Part shown: positions 36,391 through 39,342 of the stretch, one piece after another
Layout: each line of letters opens with the position of its first letter
Position numbering within the stretch: position 1 is the first letter of the stretch
Source of the DNA: Escherichia phage HC12
Sequence record: OL362275.1
Length of the DNA: 39,342 bases
Direction: 5' to 3' (one strand)
The notes under the pieces: generated by a model
What the model was told of the DNA's origin: nothing
What the model saw: only the letters and a program-made list of their open reading frames with translations
Databases searched by the model: none
Made by a program: the position numbers and the translations under genes

Positions 36391-36440
36391 GACTAGTGGA
36401 GGCGACTCTACGTTAAATCTGATAAACCGGGAGGGCAACT

Positions 36441-36890
36441 ATGCTCGAATTTTTAAAGAGAGCGGCTCCGTGGTTACTTGCAGCAGTGATGTTTGCTGGT
36501 GGCTACCACACCGCTAACAATAAGTGGGAGGCTAAGGTCAATGCAGAATACACCTCGAATCTTAAGGCATCGGAAGATACAAGGCTTGCTGTCCAAGCTG
36601 AAGTCAACAAAGTGTCCAAACGGTTTCAGGACGAAATGTCCTCGCTGGAAGGCAGCACTGATAGGATTATTGCTGACCTTCAGTCTGACAATAAGCGGTT
36701 GCGCATCCGAGTCAAACCAACGAGTGGAACCACGCAAAGTGACGGTCGATGCTTCATTGATGGTTACGCCGAACTTGACGAACGAGATGCTAAACGTCTT
36801 ATCGCCATCGGAGTGAAAGGAGACAAGTGGATTAAGGCCCTTCAAGACACTGTGAGAGCCTTACAGCAAGAGAAGGAGGTGACGCATTGA
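36441..36890 (+). CDS. 18.5: Rz-like i-spanin
   Basis: 149 aa, N-terminal TM segment; MLEFL..., [53 protein letters not shown] align with T7 gp18.5. Confidence 0.9.
   Translation: MLEFLKRAAPWLLAAVMFAGGYHTANNKWEAKVNAEYTSNLKASEDTRLAVQAEVNKVSKRFQDEMSSLEGSTDRIIADLQSDNKRLRIRVKPTSGTTQSDGRCFIDGYAELDERDAKRLIAIGVKGDKWIKALQDTVRALQQEKEVTH
36541..36816 (+). CDS. 18.7: Rz1-like o-spanin lipoprotein embedded in the +1 frame of Rz
   Basis: Embedded +1-frame ORF with hydrophobic stretch [13 protein letters not shown] followed by lipobox ISGC. ATG 36541 has a GGAGG RBS but gives a 53-residue pre-Cys leader; true start uncertain. Confidence 0.5.
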   Translation: MQNTPRILRHRKIQGLLSKLKSTKCPNGFRTKCPRWKAALIGLLLTFSLTISGCASESNQRVEPRKVTVDASLMVTPNLTNEMLNVLSPSE

Positions 36891-38650
36891 GTAAAGACTT
36901 AGTGGCGCGTCAGGCGCTAATGACTGCACGTATGAAGTCAGACTTCGTGTTCTTCCTGTTCGTCCTGTGGAAAGCTCTGTCGCTCCCAGTCCCGACTCGC
37001 TGTCAGATTGACATGGCGAAGAAACTATCGGCTGGGGACAACAGGCGCTTCATCCTACAGGCGTTCCGTGGTATAGGGAAGTCCTTCATTACGTGTGCCT
37101 TCGTTGTCTGGAAGCTATGGAACAACCCAGACTTGAAGTTCATGATTGTGTCGGCCTCAAAGGAGCGAGCCGATGCTAACTCCATCTTCATCAAGCGAAT
37201 CATCGACCTCATGCCTCAGCTTCAGGAACTCAAACCTAAGCAGGGACAGCGAGATGCGGTTATTAGCTTCGACGTGGGACCTGCCAAGCCAGACCACTCA
37301 CCTTCGGTTAAGTCCGTTGGTATCACTGGTCAGTTGACTGGTAGTCGTGCTGACATCCTGATTGCCGATGACGTGGAGGTTCCGAACAACTCAGCGACTC
37401 AGGCTGCACGAGACCGTCTATCAGAGCTTGTGAAAGAGTTCGACGCTATCCTGAAGCCGGGAGGTACGATCATCTATCTGGGTACTCCTCAGAACGAGAT
37501 GACCCTGTACCGTGAGCTGGAAGGTCGTGGGTACACCACTACTATCTGGCCCGCTCGTTATCCACGCGACAGGAAGGACTGGCAGTCTTACGGCGACCGT
37601 CTGGCTCCTATGCTTCAGGAAGAGCTGGAAGAGGACCCTGAGTCCTTCTACTGGCGTCCGACTGATGAAGTACGCTTCGATGATACGGACCTGAAGGAAC
37701 GTGAGCTGTCCTACGGTAAAGCTGGCTTCGCTCTACAGTTCATGCTTAACCCGAACCTGAGTGATGCCGAGAAGTACCCTCTTAAGCTCCGTGACCTTAT
37801 CGTAGCCGACTTGGACCCAGCGTCCAGCCCAATGGTCTACCAATGGTTGCCGAACCCTCAGAACAAGCGTGAGGACGTTCCTAACGTTGGACTCATGGGT
37901 GACTCGTACCACACGTATCAGACTGTAGGTTCTGCCTTCAGCTCATACACCCAGAAGATTCTGGTCATTGACCCTAGTGGTCGTGGTAAGGATGAGACTG
38001 GTTATGCGGTACTGTACCAGCTCAACGGCTACATCTTCGCTATGGAAGTTGGTGGTATGCGTGGTGGGTATGAAGACTCTACGCTGGAAGCACTGGCTAA
38101 GATTGGCCGTAAGTGGAAGGTCAACGAATACGTCATTGAGGGTAACTTCGGTGATGGTATGTACCTTGAGCTATTCAAGCCTGTAGCGGCCCGTATACAT
38201 CCTGCTGCTGTAACTGAAGTGAAGAGTAAGGGTCAGAAAGAACTCCGCATCTGTGACGTTCTGGAGCCTATCATGGGGTCTCACCGACTTATCATCAACG
38301 CTGCTGCTATCGTCCAAGACTACCAGTCGGCCTCTGATAAGGATGGTGTTCGTAACCCTATCTACTCTCTCTTCTACCAGATGACACGTATCTCTCGTGA
38401 ACGTGGAGCCTTGGCACACGATGACCGACTTGATGCGCTGGCTATCGGTGTACAGTTCTTCGTTGAGTCTATGGCTAAGGATGCCAACAAAGGCGAACGT
38501 GAAGTCACTGAGGAGTGGCTGGAGGAACAGATGGAGAACCCACGAAAAGGCTTCGAGTCCATCCACACTGAGTTCTGGGACAATGGGGTCCGGGTAACTC
38601 ACGATACGGACGACGAGCTGGGACTAGGGTCATACGTTACGTTCCACTAG
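36887..38650 (+). CDS. 19: Terminase large subunit
   Basis: 587 aa, colinear with T7 gp19: [109 protein letters not shown] start with AAGGAGGT RBS. Confidence 0.97.
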   Translation: MSKDLVARQALMTARMKSDFVFFLFVLWKALSLPVPTRCQIDMAKKLSAGDNRRFILQAFRGIGKSFITCAFVVWKLWNNPDLKFMIVSASKERADANSIFIKRIIDLMPQLQELKPKQGQRDAVISFDVGPAKPDHSPSVKSVGITGQLTGSRADILIADDVEVPNNSATQAARDRLSELVKEFDAILKPGGTIIYLGTPQNEMTLYRELEGRGYTTTIWPARYPRDRKDWQSYGDRLAPMLQEELEEDPESFYWRPTDEVRFDDTDLKERELSYGKAGFALQFMLNPNLSDAEKYPLKLRDLIVADLDPASSPMVYQWLPNPQNKREDVPNVGLMGDSYHTYQTVGSAFSSYTQKILVIDPSGRGKDETGYAVLYQLNGYIFAMEVGGMRGGYEDSTLEALAKIGRKWKVNEYVIEGNFGDGMYLELFKPVAARIHPAAVTEVKSKGQKELRICDVLEPIMGSHRLIINAAAIVQDYQSASDKDGVRNPIYSLFYQMTRISRERGALAHDDRLDALAIGVQFFVESMAKDANKGEREVTEEWLEEQMENPRKGFESIHTEFWDNGVRVTHDTDDELGLGSYVTFH

Positions 38651-38744
38651 CTGAATGAATAACTATAGGCGAAAACTGAGTTAATAAGCAGTTAGTAACC
38701 TATAGTTACTACCAGTCTAACCTACTGTTTTACAAGGAGTTTGG

Positions 38745-38767
38745 ACTTAACTATCACTATAGGGAAG
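38745..38767 (+). promoter_or_regulatory. Phage RNA polymerase promoter near the right end (phiOR-like)
   Basis: ACTTAACTATCACTATAGGGAAG, +1 G at 38762. Followed by AT-rich sequence with CTATAG-containing repeats. Confidence 0.7.
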
Positions 38768-38946
38768 ACCCCCGGTTACTTATAGTATTACTATAGTGAA
38801 TATACATATGCAGACTTTATGCAAGACCTTAGGAGGCAGACTCCGAGTTCTTACCTAAGGCTTGCACCGATGGGAGGAGGTGATATTAATCATAATACCT
38901 CCAATACAGATAGTCACAGACCATAGATACAGGAGGTATGTAGCAT

Positions 38947-39105
38947 ATGGCAAAGACCAAAGCTGTACTTAAAGCTCTGGCGACCAATCGAGCTACATAC
39001 AGGTTTCTTGCTGCTGTTCTACTTGCTGCTGGCTCTACTGCTGGAAGTCAGTGGGTTGGGTGGGTCGAGACTCTCGTATGTTCTCTGGTGTCTGAGTGTC
39101 GTTAA
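38947..39105 (+). CDS. Hypothetical small membrane protein (gene 19.5 position)
   Basis: AGGAGG RBS. Hand-translated 52-aa ORF MAKTKAVLKALATNRATYRFLAAVLLAAGSTAGSQWVGWVETLVCSLVSECR with a hydrophobic core. Confidence 0.5.
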   Translation: MAKTKAVLKALATNRATYRFLAAVLLAAGSTAGSQWVGWVETLVCSLVSECR

Positions 39106-39136
39106 CGCCGTAATGGTAACAATCAACGAAAGTAAG

Positions 39137-39180
39137 ACCTAAGGTCAGTTCATAGCTGACGCTACTCTACTGACCTTAGC
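39137..39180. repeat. Inverted repeat CTAAGGTCAGT / ACTGACCTTAG (11 bp arms, 19-nt spacer) near the right end
   Basis: Exact reverse-complement arms in the sequence; non-coding right-end region. Confidence 0.5.
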
Positions 39181-39265
39181 TACTGTAGTCAAGGACTTTA
39201 GGTAACACCTTAATAGAAGCTCACTTAGGGTCATCCTACTTATTGGTCTATCCTAGTGTCGCCTG

Positions 39266-39310
39266 ACCTACGGTCCTTGACCTACAGTGGCTGTGGCCTA
39301 CAGTAGTGAC
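39266..39310. repeat. Short direct repeats of CCTACAGT-type units at the right end
   Basis: CCTACGGTCC, GACCTACAGTGG, GGCCTACAGTAGTGAC; same unit family as the left-end array at 209-345. Confidence 0.5.
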
Positions 39311-39342
39311 GATGAGTTTTGGACCAAAAGTTTGAGACCACA

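Overview
The window is an almost complete, linear genome of a T7-like podovirus (Autographiviridae, T7/T3 group), about 39.3 kb, with every gene on the + strand and T7 gene order conserved from the left end (TCTCACAGT...) to the right end. No integrase, repressor, CRISPR array or rRNA is present, so this is a lytic phage, not a prophage. Protein identities come from my own alignment by eye to remembered T7 protein sequences; I could not run any search. Recognised genes, left to right: early region with an Ocr (gene 0.3) homolog, single-subunit RNA polymerase, gp1.1, gp1.2, DNA ligase, gp1.7, gp2, SSB, endonuclease I, lysozyme/amidase, primase-helicase, DNA polymerase, gp5.5, gp5.7, exonuclease, gp6.7, gp7.3, portal, scaffold, major capsid (with a -1 frameshift extension), Tphi terminator, tail tubular A and B, internal virion proteins 14/15/16, tail fibre, holin, small terminase, Rz/Rz1 spanins and large terminase. 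Eleven copies of a phage promoter (consensus about ACTAAACTATCACTATAGGGA) and a family of RNase III-type hairpins punctuate the genome. The parts not explained by the T7 backbone are: an early region with no gene 0.7 kinase but several unknown small ORFs and an Ocr with a C-terminal extension; a tRNA-like element in the gene 4 leader; an unknown ORF between endonuclease I and lysozyme; a small PUA/ASCH-like ORF between genes 11 and 12; an HNH homing endonuclease between genes 15 and 16; a gp16 N-terminus unlike the T7 transglycosylase domain; and a tail fibre with an AT-rich, apparently swapped C-terminal domain.
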